From positions 30,841 through 94,840 of the forward strand of contig CBDCXW010000003.1 of the NCBI GenBank assembly GCA_965223945.1: DNA of 64,000 bases, given 5' to 3'. The position numbers and the translations under genes were made by a program. Each line of letters starts with the position of its first letter. The stretch's first letter is position 1. This document shows, piece by piece, positions 20,760-30,200 of this stretch. The notes beneath the pieces were generated by a model. That model did not search any database. It was not told where the DNA came from and saw nothing but the letters and a program-made list of their open reading frames with translations. The DNA comes from Dehalococcoidia bacterium. Its GTDB lineage: Bacteria > Chloroflexota > Dehalococcoidia > Lucifugimonadales > CATQGZ01.

Positions 20760-21641
20760 ATGCCGAACCGGATCAACAGAGCCATCGAGCTCCTGGAGCA
20801 GGGACAGCCAATCTACTACACACATGCCGGCGAGCTGACCTACGAGAATGGCAGAGCCCAGGCCGGCACATGGGCGGACTATCTGGCCGTTGACCTTGAG
20901 CACGGTGCGTGGGACCTCCCGGGGCTTGACGATTTCATGCGCGGACTTGCGGACGGTGGCCCCACCAGGAGCGGCCATAGGACTCCCACGGTGATTACGA
21001 CCGTACCCACGGACGGCACCGACGAGGCGGTTGTTCGCGCCAACGCCTGGATGTGCAAGCAGGTCCTGGCGAGAGGAGTCCATGGCGTTCTCCTGTGCCA
21101 TGCGGAGACAGCGGGCGCGGTTCGGGCCTTCGTGGAGTCCTGCAGGTACCCGTCCGCCCGCGCCGGGGTTGGGGAGTGGCTGGGGCAGGGGAGAAGGGGC
21201 GCCGGAGGACAGGGCTACGCCGCGGCGGCCTGGGGGATCTCGGACCAGGAGTACATCGAGAAGGCAGACCCATGGCCTCTGAATCCGCAGGGCGAGCTGC
21301 TCCTTGGCCTCAAGATCGAGAACCAGCGAGCGCTGCTCTACGCCGACGTAACCACCCACGTCCCAGGTGTCGCCTTCGCGGAGTGGGGCCCCGGCGACAT
21401 GAGCATGTCACTGGGTTACGACACCAGGCCAGTAGCTCCCTTCCCAGAGGACTTGGAGGCCGCACGCGCCCGAGTCCTCTCGGCCTGCAAGAGCGCGGGT
21501 ATCCTCTTCCTGAACGGAGTCCAGGAAGAGGACGTCTGCCAGATGATTGACGAGGGCGTGATGATCGGGTCTTCCGGGGAGCGAGGCGAGGCCGCCGCCA
21601 CAAGAGGTCGGGAGTACACCAAGCGGGCTATGCCAGTCTAG
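20760..21641 (+). CDS. HpcH/HpaI-like aldolase
   Basis: VDLEHG, LKIEN, EWGPGDM. Confidence 0.8.
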   Translation: MPNRINRAIELLEQGQPIYYTHAGELTYENGRAQAGTWADYLAVDLEHGAWDLPGLDDFMRGLADGGPTRSGHRTPTVITTVPTDGTDEAVVRANAWMCKQVLARGVHGVLLCHAETAGAVRAFVESCRYPSARAGVGEWLGQGRRGAGGQGYAAAAWGISDQEYIEKADPWPLNPQGELLLGLKIENQRALLYADVTTHVPGVAFAEWGPGDMSMSLGYDTRPVAPFPEDLEAARARVLSACKSAGILFLNGVQEEDVCQMIDEGVMIGSSGERGEAAATRGREYTKRAMPV

Positions 21642-22225
21642 TTGAGGACCGGCTCCTTCGTCAGCAGCTCGTTCCTGAAGTCGATCGACGCCGGGTGGAT
21701 CGTCCGTCGTTTAGCGATCAGGTGCGCAATCCGGTGGTCGAGGCACCTGAGCAGAGCCCTGTCGATGTCCTCGTTGGCCAGAGCCTCGACCTCCTCCAGT
21801 GCGGGACGTCTCTTGATCTTCGCCGGGTCCAGCTTATCGGCCAGGTATACCACCTTGGCTACCTGGCCCATCCCCGTCCTGCCGGTAGTGTGGTACCGGA
21901 CCGCCTCGAGGACCTGAGGATCGTAGACGCCGTCGCTCTCGATCCAGGCGGCCGCCAGCGGGCCGTGGAGCAGGGAGGGGCTTCGGAGCTCGACCATGCT
22001 GGGGACGATCCCGTAGGAATAGGCCTCGGCGAGGATCGACTCGCCGTCGAGCGCCCGAGCCAGGTCGTGGGCAGCTATGCCGAGGTCAACGAGATTGGGA
22101 TCGATCCGGTGAAGCCGCGCCAGCTTCTTTGCGACTCTGCGGCTGCGTTCGACATGCTCTCTCAGGCCTTTCGGTAGGAATCGCAGCCGTCTCTCGACGC
22201 CGGAGGGCAGCTCCCTTGTGTTCAG
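21638..22225 (-). CDS. yqeK: HD-domain hydrolase (YqeK-like Ap4A hydrolase), probable CTG start
   Basis: Frame open to CTG overlapping the HIT stop; REHVER..AAHDLAR..LLHGP..RYHTTG..ADKLD. Confidence 0.8.
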   Translation of the reverse strand: MNTRELPSGVERRLRFLPKGLREHVERSRRVAKKLARLHRIDPNLVDLGIAAHDLARALDGESILAEAYSYGIVPSMVELRSPSLLHGPLAAAWIESDGVYDPQVLEAVRYHTTGRTGMGQVAKVVYLADKLDPAKIKRRPALEEVEALANEDIDRALLRCLDHRIAHLIAKRRTIHPASIDFRNELLTKEPVLN

Positions 22226-22566
22226 CCCATGGCCTCAAGGGGTCGTCCCGCCATAAGGTGAAGGTGAAGGTGAGCGACCTGCTGACCGGAGTCCTTCCCC
22301 TGATTGATGACCAGCCTGTATCCGGAGCCGATGACGCCCTGTGTCTCGGCAAGAGTCCTGGCCGCCGAGAACATCTCGCCGAGGACGGTGTAGAAGCTGG
22401 GAGACAGGCTGCTCAGGTATGTGACATGCTGGTTCGGGATGATGAGCAGATGGACCGGGGCCTTTGGAGCGGTGTCCCTGATGGCGAAGCAGTACTCGTT
22501 TCTATAGAGGAGGTCGGCGGTTAGGTCACCTGTGCCTATCCTGCAGAAGGTACAGTCTCGAATCAA
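22222..22566 (-). CDS. HIT family nucleotide-binding protein
   Basis: CTFCRI, PVHLLIIP, GQQVAHLHLHL. Confidence 0.93.
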   Translation of the reverse strand: MIRDCTFCRIGTGDLTADLLYRNEYCFAIRDTAPKAPVHLLIIPNQHVTYLSSLSPSFYTVLGEMFSAARTLAETQGVIGSGYRLVINQGKDSGQQVAHLHLHLMAGRPLEAMG

Positions 22567-22591
22567 AATAGGTCCCTCCTCCGCGGCTAAG

Positions 22592-23173
22592 CTACAGCCG
22601 GAATACGACCTGTATCATCACCCATACTACCAGCCCTGCCACCGTGATGCCGATGGACTTCAGTACTCCCTGGGAAGATCTGTCGCCGAGAGCATGCTGG
22701 AAGGCGAACGCCGTGGCCACAAGCTGCCAGACGACGACGGCGTTGACGATTGGGAACCCGAATCTCGGAATTAATCCAAGTACCCAGAGTACACCGGGGG
22801 CCTGAGCGAAGGCGATCAGTCGGGCCATCTGGGCCTGCCGGGGCCGGGACTCCGAGGGTTGAATCATGGCCGCTACGATGTAGCCCACCAGCGTGAATAC
22901 GGTCCACCAGACCAGTGCAAGGAAGACCCCCAGCAGGAATGTAACCCATCCGCCTCCCTCGACACCCAGTTTTCCTACACCCCTGGCAGCTACAACTGCC
23001 ACCAGCACGGCTATGGCCTGGAGTCCGGTCCCCCGCTCTCGGCTGAAGTGTTCGTATACTTTGCCGTCAAGCAGGGCCGCGCCAATCGTTCGCCGTGCCA
23101 GCGAAAGAAGAGCCGGACCCGCTTTCCGCCGGAGCAGCGAACCCAGGCCGGAGACTTGCGGCTTGTTAGTCAG
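22592..23173 (-). CDS. Yip1-like membrane protein (start uncertain)
   Basis: About five TM helices, AFAQAPGVL. Confidence 0.65.
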   Translation of the reverse strand: MTNKPQVSGLGSLLRRKAGPALLSLARRTIGAALLDGKVYEHFSRERGTGLQAIAVLVAVVAARGVGKLGVEGGGWVTFLLGVFLALVWWTVFTLVGYIVAAMIQPSESRPRQAQMARLIAFAQAPGVLWVLGLIPRFGFPIVNAVVVWQLVATAFAFQHALGDRSSQGVLKSIGITVAGLVVWVMIQVVFRL

Positions 23174-23181
23174 GGCGCCGG

Positions 23182-23571
23182 CTACCGGGTCTGGATCAGC
23201 TCGACCCTGGTCTCCGGAGGACACTTCAGGAATGCGATCAGCGGGCCCCCCGGCACGTCTATCGGTCCCTCCTTGAGCTCGGCGCCGAGACCTACGAGCC
23301 GGGCAATCTCGGCATCGATGTCCTCGACGTCGACGCCGAAGTGCTCAAGTCCGTGGTGTGCGTCGGCGTCTCCGGGCCCAAGTGTCTCTCCGGTCCGTGC
23401 CCCTGAGATGTTCACCGTGAAGCCGGACGGATCGGCGCAGCCGATGAACCGGTCTCCAAATTTACGGACGGTGTCGCTCACTATCTTGAAGTTGAAGGCC
23501 CTTACGAACCAGTCCGCGGTCTCTTTCGGATCGGGGGACTTGATGTGAACGTGGTTGACGCGATAAAGCAC
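23182..23571 (-). CDS. VOC/glyoxalase family protein
   Basis: VNHVHI, LEHFGVDV, TRVELIQ. Confidence 0.88.
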   Translation of the reverse strand: MLYRVNHVHIKSPDPKETADWFVRAFNFKIVSDTVRKFGDRFIGCADPSGFTVNISGARTGETLGPGDADAHHGLEHFGVDVEDIDAEIARLVGLGAELKEGPIDVPGGPLIAFLKCPPETRVELIQTR

Positions 23572-23633
23572 GGCCTTCTTCTCCTCTGGGGTCTGGATTG
23601 CTACGGCGTAGCCTATGAGATGGGCGGAAGGCT

Positions 23634-23890
23634 GTCAAGGCGGCGCCCACGGCGCCGGTGTGTAGGGGGAGAAGTCACCCTCACCCCAGCCCTCTCCCGT
23701 CGAGGGAGAGGGGGTAAGAATCCCTTCTCGCCACACGATCGTCGTTGTGCCTCATCGTAGGGGCAGACCCTTGTGGCTGTCCCTGGCCGACATCCCCATC
23801 CTGGGCGCCCACAAGGGAAGAAAGTCACCCTCACCCCGGCCCCCGTATCGAGTACGGGGCAGGCCCTCTCCCGTCGAGGGAGAGGGGGTT
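23634..23890. repeat. REP cluster (GTAG-type hairpins, CCCTCACCC..CCTCTCCCGTCGAGGGAGAGGG, CCCCGTATCGAGTACGGGG)
   Basis: Multiple palindromes; related units at 25370-25533, 47855-48017, 52366-52384. Confidence 0.8.
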
Positions 23891-23895
23891 TGGGT

Positions 23896-25227
23896 TCAGA
23901 TCCATATCTTGAAGCCTCCTCTGGACACGGCGAAGGTCATGGCGAGGGCGTCGGCCTCGTCGGGCGAATCGCGCTTGCCGTCCTTGCTTTCGAGCGCTAT
24001 AGCCCCGCCGCGCGGATGGTGGCACCTCCGGGTGGACACCTGGGCGATGAGGGCGGGGTCGTCGTCGGTGTCGAGCGTTCCCTCCTCGTATCTGCTCTTC
24101 ATGGCCCACCAGGCCTCGGTGATGAGGTTGGCGAAGCGGTCGGGGTTCCTGGCCTTCTTGCCGCCGACGAAGGGCACGAGCCTGGTGTGGGGGAGTCGGA
24201 GCTGCCTGAGCCTGTCGACGACCCCTCCGCCGACGCCGGAGTCGTCGACAACGAGGGTGTCGACGCTGTGCCTGTCGCAGTAAGACTCGAGGAACTCGGC
24301 GGTGCTCATGGTGTCGCGGCCGCGCACCCTCCAGACGATTCTGGCGACCGGGCCCTGCCGCCTGACGACGACGGTCTTCGCCTGTCCGAAGCGGGATACG
24401 TCGCACGCGACGACCACGTCTCCCGCTGGCTGGAGGCTCCTCTCGGCTGCGCCGGTCGCGTGGCGGAGGGTGACGACGGCGTCGTCGAGGTTGTCCGGGA
24501 ACCTGCCGAGCACGCCGCCGACGTACATGGGGTCGTTCCGGCCCCAGTCGGCTTTGCGGTCGGTGACGTGGTCCGGGGCGACCATGCCAGGGACGGCGAG
24601 GCGGTCGGCGACGAGGTTGGGCGTGTCGCCCGCGCCGATCCTGACAGTGTCGTACATGTCCCGCTTCGAGTGGTGGGAGTCGTAGAAGGGTCCGGCCGAC
24701 ACGAGGGGGTTGCCGGTCATGAGGGTCAGAGCGGGATTGAGGCGTCTGAGGGCGTCGATGTCCGTCCCGGGGACGGCGTGGGCCTCGGTGACGACGACCA
24801 TCAGGTTGGGGGAGTGGAAGCCCTGGAGGTTGTAGGGGGAGCTGGTGGCGAATCCGATGGCGAAGGTCTGGTCATCGATTTCGTACCGGGAGGTCCGGAA
24901 GACGCGACTCCGCAGGCGGTGTGGGGCGCGTGCGTGGGCGGTCCTGATCTCCCTCCACAGGATGTCGTCGACCTGGCGCGTGGTCGGGCCGGTGACTATG
25001 GCCTTGGCGGGGGAGCGTGAGTGGAGCCACCAGAGGACGGCTCGTGCGGCGGCCCAGTCCTTGCCCGAGCCGTGGCATCCGACGACGGAGACTCGTCGGG
25101 ACCTGGCGACGGCGTTCAGGATGTCCGTCTGCTTGTGGTAGGGCTTCTCGGAGAGGGTATCGCGCACGAAGATGACGGGGTCCGTGTGGCCTTCGGGATC
25201 GGGGCGGGCCGTTTGGCTGCCGGGCAT
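23896..25227 (-). CDS. Phage terminase large subunit-like protein (orphan, atypical Walker B)
   Basis: Q motif, GCHGSGKD Walker A, GPTTRQV, QGFH, VVVTEAH, MTGNP, LGRFP, nuclease ACDVSRFG, VDDSGVGGGVVD, SPDEADA. Confidence 0.85.
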   Translation of the reverse strand: MPGSQTARPDPEGHTDPVIFVRDTLSEKPYHKQTDILNAVARSRRVSVVGCHGSGKDWAAARAVLWWLHSRSPAKAIVTGPTTRQVDDILWREIRTAHARAPHRLRSRVFRTSRYEIDDQTFAIGFATSSPYNLQGFHSPNLMVVVTEAHAVPGTDIDALRRLNPALTLMTGNPLVSAGPFYDSHHSKRDMYDTVRIGAGDTPNLVADRLAVPGMVAPDHVTDRKADWGRNDPMYVGGVLGRFPDNLDDAVVTLRHATGAAERSLQPAGDVVVACDVSRFGQAKTVVVRRQGPVARIVWRVRGRDTMSTAEFLESYCDRHSVDTLVVDDSGVGGGVVDRLRQLRLPHTRLVPFVGGKKARNPDRFANLITEAWWAMKSRYEEGTLDTDDDPALIAQVSTRRCHHPRGGAIALESKDGKRDSPDEADALAMTFAVSRGGFKIWI

Positions 25228-25298
25228 GTATTGAGCATCATCCCAACCTCGGTTTCGGGGCGTCTTGGAGCCCCTCGGGGTCCGTCCCTCTCGGGTGT

Positions 25299-25328
25299 AT
25301 TATACGAACGGATGTGCGTGGTTGTCAA
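25299..25328 (-). promoter_or_regulatory. Sigma70 promoter with LexA-type box for the terminase-like gene
   Basis: TTGACA-18-TATAAT on the minus strand; CGAAC-GGAT-GTGCG at 25305-25318 in the spacer. Confidence 0.8.
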
Positions 25329-25397
25329 GTGGCGCCCACGGCGCCGGTACGTAGGGGGCATGGAACAGTCACCCTCACCCCAACCCTCTCCCGTCAA

Positions 25398-25518
25398 GGG
25401 ACCTTTGCGTAACCTGCCGGACGAGGCGACATCGGGAGTTGTTGACGACACCACCCTGGCTAAACCCCCACCCTCTGGATACCGGCCTTCGCCGGTATGA
25501 CGGTTGTGCAAAGGTCTC
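25398..25518. mobile_element. ~121-bp MITE (family B) inside a REP loop
   Basis: TIR GRGACCTTTGC..AACC, GTCAA duplicated; copies at 32796-32918 and 47882-48003. Confidence 0.88.
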
Positions 25519-25519
25519 G

Positions 25520-26668
25520 TCAAGGGAGAGGGGGATCGGGACCGGCGGAGAGGAGGGCTAGCCCCTTCTTGTGGATCATTGCCGCTGTGTAGCCTGCCCT
25601 GGCTGCGGCCTTGTCGCCGTATATGTAGACGAGGGCGTTGTAGCCGTAGGTGTGCTGTCCGAAGGCGTCGTCGTCGGGGGGATCGGGGACCCGACAGCTC
25701 GGGCAGGGATCGGAGGGCTGGCAGGTATCGTCCTCGGAGTGGACGGCGGCCCTCTGAGCCTCTATCTGGTCGACTTTGTAGTCCAAGACAGCCTGGTTGG
25801 AGGCGCTCTTGGTCTCGTCGTCTCCGAATATGTGCACGAGGGCTTTGTGGCCGTACGTGTCGCGGTCGTACTCGTCTTCGCCGTAGATGGAGAAGTCGTA
25901 GGTGCGGTCTTCGGGGTACTCGAAGTGCGTCCACTCGGACTTCCACTTCCAGGTGGTCTCGGGCACCGGGTCGGCGCCCACGGCGCCGGTATGTGCGTCC
26001 GTGTCGCGGTAGGGGGCGGGCTGCGGCTTGGGCGCGTGGGCCGCGGGGTCGGGGCAGAGGGCTTTGACAACGTCGTAGCCCCGGTTGATGAGCACCTCCG
26101 CGGCCGAGAACCTGAAGTGCTGGTTGAAGCCTGTGCGTGTGCCCTGCATGACGTCGATGAAGAACCGTGCGATGTCTCTGCCGTCGTTGGTCTCCTGTTG
26201 GATGATGTCGGCGAGCTGCTGGGCGGCGGCATCCACGGCGGCGCCCACGGCGCCGGTGGGTAGGGGAGCGCCTTCGCGGGAACGACGGGGGGTGTTGTCT
26301 TCGGCGAGGGCTCGCGCCATCTTGGGGTTGATGATGGCGAGCTGACGCGTGGCCTCCATGCGGTGGCAGGGTTGGAAGTCGGGCAGCCGGCCCGTGACGG
26401 CGTTGATGAGGAACTGGGAGATGAGGTCTCCGCCGCGCGTGTGCTCTCGGACCATGCCGGTGAATTCGGGGCTAGAATCGAGCTTGATGAGCCGGTCGGA
26501 GGCCTGGAGCCGGTGGTGGGGCTTGAAGTCGGGGAGATCGCCGAGCATGGCCTGGGCGAGGAAGTCGACGATGAGCCTTCCGCCCTGGGTCTGCTCGTGG
26601 ACGATGTCGGCGAGTGATGGGCCGACGGCGCCGGTGTGTAGGGGTGCGGTCTGGGTTGCAGGAAACAT
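25520..26668 (-). CDS. Hypothetical protein with three tandem helical repeats resembling small-terminase-like domains
   Basis: Repeats xxxIVxExTxGGxxIxxFLxxxMxG...HRxxAxxxL (third ends LINRGY); second repeat type TYGxxALVxIxGD twice. Confidence 0.6.
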   Translation of the reverse strand: MFPATQTAPLHTGAVGPSLADIVHEQTQGGRLIVDFLAQAMLGDLPDFKPHHRLQASDRLIKLDSSPEFTGMVREHTRGGDLISQFLINAVTGRLPDFQPCHRMEATRQLAIINPKMARALAEDNTPRRSREGAPLPTGAVGAAVDAAAQQLADIIQQETNDGRDIARFFIDVMQGTRTGFNQHFRFSAAEVLINRGYDVVKALCPDPAAHAPKPQPAPYRDTDAHTGAVGADPVPETTWKWKSEWTHFEYPEDRTYDFSIYGEDEYDRDTYGHKALVHIFGDDETKSASNQAVLDYKVDQIEAQRAAVHSEDDTCQPSDPCPSCRVPDPPDDDAFGQHTYGYNALVYIYGDKAAARAGYTAAMIHKKGLALLSAGPDPPLP

Positions 26669-26704
26669 CAGTTCTATTATAGCGGATGTGTCAAGGGGTC
26701 TGAA
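26662..26704 (-). promoter_or_regulatory. Leaderless promoter with LexA-type box over the start codon
   Basis: TTCAGA-17-TATAAT, 7 nt to ATG; AGAAC-TGAT-GTTTC. Confidence 0.7.
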
Positions 26705-26762
26705 CTGTGATTCGTGTGATGGACATGATGGGGATGAGGGGGGGTATGGGGTGGCGGACTAG

Positions 26763-26910
26763 GAGTCTGTCCGAGAAACAATGTTCTAAACGATATGCGT
26801 CATTAGTGGAGTGTAAAGATGCTATTTACTCCACGACAAAGTCCAGATTGCTGTAAGCAGGTTATTGCGTGGCGGGTTTCGTCTCCAGGAACGAATCCTC
26901 GGACAGGCTC
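26763..26910. mobile_element. 148-bp MITE (family A, copy 2)
   Basis: Near-identical to 6555-6702, CTAG flanks. Confidence 0.9.
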
Positions 26911-27299
26911 CTAGTCGCACGCTACCTCCAAGGAGGGCATTTCTCGTGGAGATGGCACAGCTAGGCGATGTTCACCCAGATGGCTTCATCATGTCTGTCT
27001 CAAGTGATGCTGCCCACATCACCTTTCTTCTATCCGTCCCACATCCTGAGGAAGACTCTGTCAATGAGTCAACGCCTCTTGTGACTGTGCGCCTTTCTTT
27101 AGAGAGAGCGAAGATACTGAGTATGGGCTTAGCGGAAGCAATCGTCCGGCGAGAGAAGGCTTTGGGATGTCAAGGGCGGAGAGAAATCAGGCCGTGTGGC
27201 GGAGCAAAAGTGTACCACTTGAGCGGCGATGTTCAGCGAAAATGTCCGCCTACGACGGGTGTCGTCGGGAGCCCTTAGTCGCAGCGAGGTTGGTGGAGC

Positions 27300-28082
27300 C
27301 TATGCGTCAGGGGAATCGCTGGCTGAGCGCGTGGTGACGGCCTGCCGGCTCTGCTTGAGGCGGTAGCTTTCGCCGTTCATCTCCAGGATGTGAACTCTGT
27401 GAGTGAGGCGGTCCAGCAGGGCGCCGGTCAGTCTCTCCGAGCCGAAGACCTCGGTCCACTCGTCGAAGGGCAGGTTGGTGGTGACCAGTACCGACCCCCT
27501 CTCGTATCTCTGGCTGAAGACCTCGAAGAGGAGCTCAGCGCCGGTCTTGGAAAGTGGTACGAAGCCAAGCTCGTCGACGATAAGCAGCTTGAGTCGGGCC
27601 AGCTTCTTCTGGAGGTTGAGCAGTCGCCGCTCGTCCCTGGCCTCGATCAGCTCGTGGACCAGCGAGGCGGCCGTGGTGAAGCCGACCGACAGTCCCCTCT
27701 GGCAGGCGGCGAGCCCCAGACCGAGGGCCACATGGGTCTTGCCGGTGCCGCTGTTGCCTATGGCGATGACGTTCTCCCGCCGGTCTACGTACTCGCAGCG
27801 TGCCAGCTGCATGGCCAGGTGCTTGTTCACCGACGGCATGGCCAGGAAGTCGAAGGTGTCGAGGCTCTTGGTGGCGGGGAAGCGTGCCGCCTTGATCCTG
27901 CGGTCAACCATCCGATGATGGCGGTCTATCAGCTCAAGCTCAGAGAGCCTCAGCAGGTAGCCTGGATGGTCGACGCCCTCGGCGGCGCACTGGCCGGCCA
28001 CCTTGCAGTACTCCCTCAGGAAGGTGGGCAGCTTCAGCTCCTTGAGGTGATGCTCCAGCAGCACCGTAGACCTCTCGCTCAC
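27300..28082 (-). CDS. istB: IS21 helper ATPase IstB
   Basis: GNSGTGKTH, LLIVDELG, TTNLPF, LLDRLTH, GESYR. Confidence 0.95.
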   Translation of the reverse strand: MSERSTVLLEHHLKELKLPTFLREYCKVAGQCAAEGVDHPGYLLRLSELELIDRHHRMVDRRIKAARFPATKSLDTFDFLAMPSVNKHLAMQLARCEYVDRRENVIAIGNSGTGKTHVALGLGLAACQRGLSVGFTTAASLVHELIEARDERRLLNLQKKLARLKLLIVDELGFVPLSKTGAELLFEVFSQRYERGSVLVTTNLPFDEWTEVFGSERLTGALLDRLTHRVHILEMNGESYRLKQSRQAVTTRSASDSPDA

Positions 28083-28919
28083 CGCCCGATCCCCGACATG
28101 AGCGCCATGTAGTCGCTGGCTGCTGTCTTCGTCACGGTGACCCTGGGCAGGTAGGGGTACAGCTCCAGGTCGAGTCTCTGGGGACGGCCCTCTATCCTGC
28201 ACAGCACCAGGTGTTTGATGGCGTCGAAGCTTATGGCGCCGAGCCTGAGGGCATCACGCACGGCCTCGTACACCTCCTCCTTGCGGAAGTTCTCCACCAA
28301 CCGCAGCACCTGTACGAACTCACGCTTGCCGCGCCTGCCCATCCTCGACTCCAGCAGTCTGCGCAGCATGCCGAACTCCTCCGGCAACTCCCACCCGGCC
28401 AAAGGAGCAGCCTGGTCCAGCGCTCCCGTCTTGCGCTCCAGCAGCGGCAGGTAGTGGACAGGGTCGAAGACGAAGTCGTCGCGTTCGTATGAGCGCGGAT
28501 GCCGGGCTATCACCTCTGCCCCGCAGCTGATCACCACGTCACCCACATAGCCGCGCACCACCACCTCCCTGTGACCGTAGGCCACGGGCACCGAGTAGTC
28601 GTTGGTCCGGTACCGCACCAGGGACAGGGAGCTGACACGGCTCACGTGCTTGTCGCTGGCGTCGTATGGCACGGCGGGGAACGCCAGCAGGGCTTCCAGG
28701 TCACGCTCCATCCGCTGGCCTATCGTCTCCCTGTGCCCACGCAGCTGTCTCCCCATCCGTTCCAGGCACCTCTCCTCGAGGTAGGCGTTGAGCGCATCGA
28801 AGCTCGGGAACGACGGCACTGGCACCAGGAAGTTCCGGCGAGCATATCCCACCAGCCCCTCGACCTTGCCCTTGTCGTTACCCTTGCCGGGACGGCCGAA
28901 CCGGATGCTCCTATAGGTG

Positions 28920-29993
28920 TCAAGGAGTGCTGTGGGATAGGGCTGAATTCCGTAGGACGGAGAAGACCTCGCGAGCCACATAGCGTTTGAGGCAACGGAT
29001 GACCTCGGCCTTGCTCATTCCCTCTTTGGTGCGACGACGCATGTAGGTCTGGGTGCGCGGATCGTATCGAAGTCTGACGACAACAATGCGATGGAGAGCG
29101 GCGTTGGCCTGGCGGTGCCCACCTCGGTTGAGCCGATGCCGGTTGGTCTTGCCAGAGGAGGCAGGTATGGGATTGACTCCGCACAGGGAGGCGAAGGCAG
29201 CCTCGGAGTGGAGACGGTCCGGGTTACTCCCGGCAGCAATGAGGAGGGTCGCCGCCGTGTCTGGCCCTATGCCGAAGCCATCTACCAGGGCCGGGGCTGC
29301 CGTCCGTGTAAGTCGATCGAGCTCGGCCTCCAGGTCGTGGACCTCCTTGCTGAGCTGACGGTAGCGGCGGGCAAGGGAGCGCAGGGTGTATCTGGCCGCT
29401 GCCAGGGGACCATCCAGACGACCGGTGCGGAAGCTCTTGCAGCGCGTGACTAGGGCACCGGCAGCGAGACCATCGAGCGTTTCGCGAAGCTCGGCCGGGG
29501 CCGTGACAACCAGCGCCTTCATCTGGTTGATGGCCTGGGTGCGAGCCTTGACGGCCGAGTCCTTCGCGCTCTTGAGCATACGGATCATTTCGACTTCACC
29601 CTCACCTGACTTGGGAGTGGCATCGGCTACTCCGGCAAGCACGGCACGCGCTGCCATCTCCGCATCAGTGGGATCGCTCTTCCCCTTCCGGTAGCGGGTT
29701 GACCGGTCGGGCCGGTTAACCTCCACGACGGTATGTCCCCTACGCGTCAGGTAGCGGGTGACTCCAGCGCCATAGGAACCTGTGCCCTCAATTCCGAAGG
29801 CCTGAATCTCTCCCAGGCCTAGTGACCACCGCTCGAGCTCCTCATACCCATTGGTGGTCGCAACCGTGCGAAGCTCTTCCAGACGGACACCCTGACGGTC
29901 AATGGCCACAGCCACATGCTTGTCCTGGTGAGTGTCCACTCCTATGACCACCTGAACAGAACGACCGCCTTCTTGATCGACAACTCCCATCAT
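28920..29993 (-). CDS. IS110 DEDD recombinase/transposase
   Basis: IGVDTH, GIEGTG, KSDPTDA, GIGP, ASSGK, LKRYVAR; GAGGAGG RBS. Confidence 0.95.
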   Translation of the reverse strand: MMGVVDQEGGRSVQVVIGVDTHQDKHVAVAIDRQGVRLEELRTVATTNGYEELERWSLGLGEIQAFGIEGTGSYGAGVTRYLTRRGHTVVEVNRPDRSTRYRKGKSDPTDAEMAARAVLAGVADATPKSGEGEVEMIRMLKSAKDSAVKARTQAINQMKALVVTAPAELRETLDGLAAGALVTRCKSFRTGRLDGPLAAARYTLRSLARRYRQLSKEVHDLEAELDRLTRTAAPALVDGFGIGPDTAATLLIAAGSNPDRLHSEAAFASLCGVNPIPASSGKTNRHRLNRGGHRQANAALHRIVVVRLRYDPRTQTYMRRRTKEGMSKAEVIRCLKRYVAREVFSVLRNSALSHSTP

Positions 29994-30009
29994 CTCTACG
30001 GCCTCCTCT

Positions 30010-30200
30010 GGGATGGCGCCCTGGCTGGGTGAGCGGACAGGACTGCGATGGGACTTGAGCCAAGCTCCTATGAGGTCACTGCTCCCCAAACCGTTGGCAC
30101 CTTATGGGCCATCTCCAGTTCGCGTCGACAGATCACGAGGAAGGCATCTCAGCCAGTCCCACTACGGGTCAGACCCAAACCGAGATGGCCCACACACATC
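30010..30200 (-). ncRNA. Candidate IS110 bridge RNA
   Basis: Non-coding end with a 10-bp stem GGGCCATCTC/GAGATGGCCC and 8-nt segments matching both donor ends. Confidence 0.6.
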
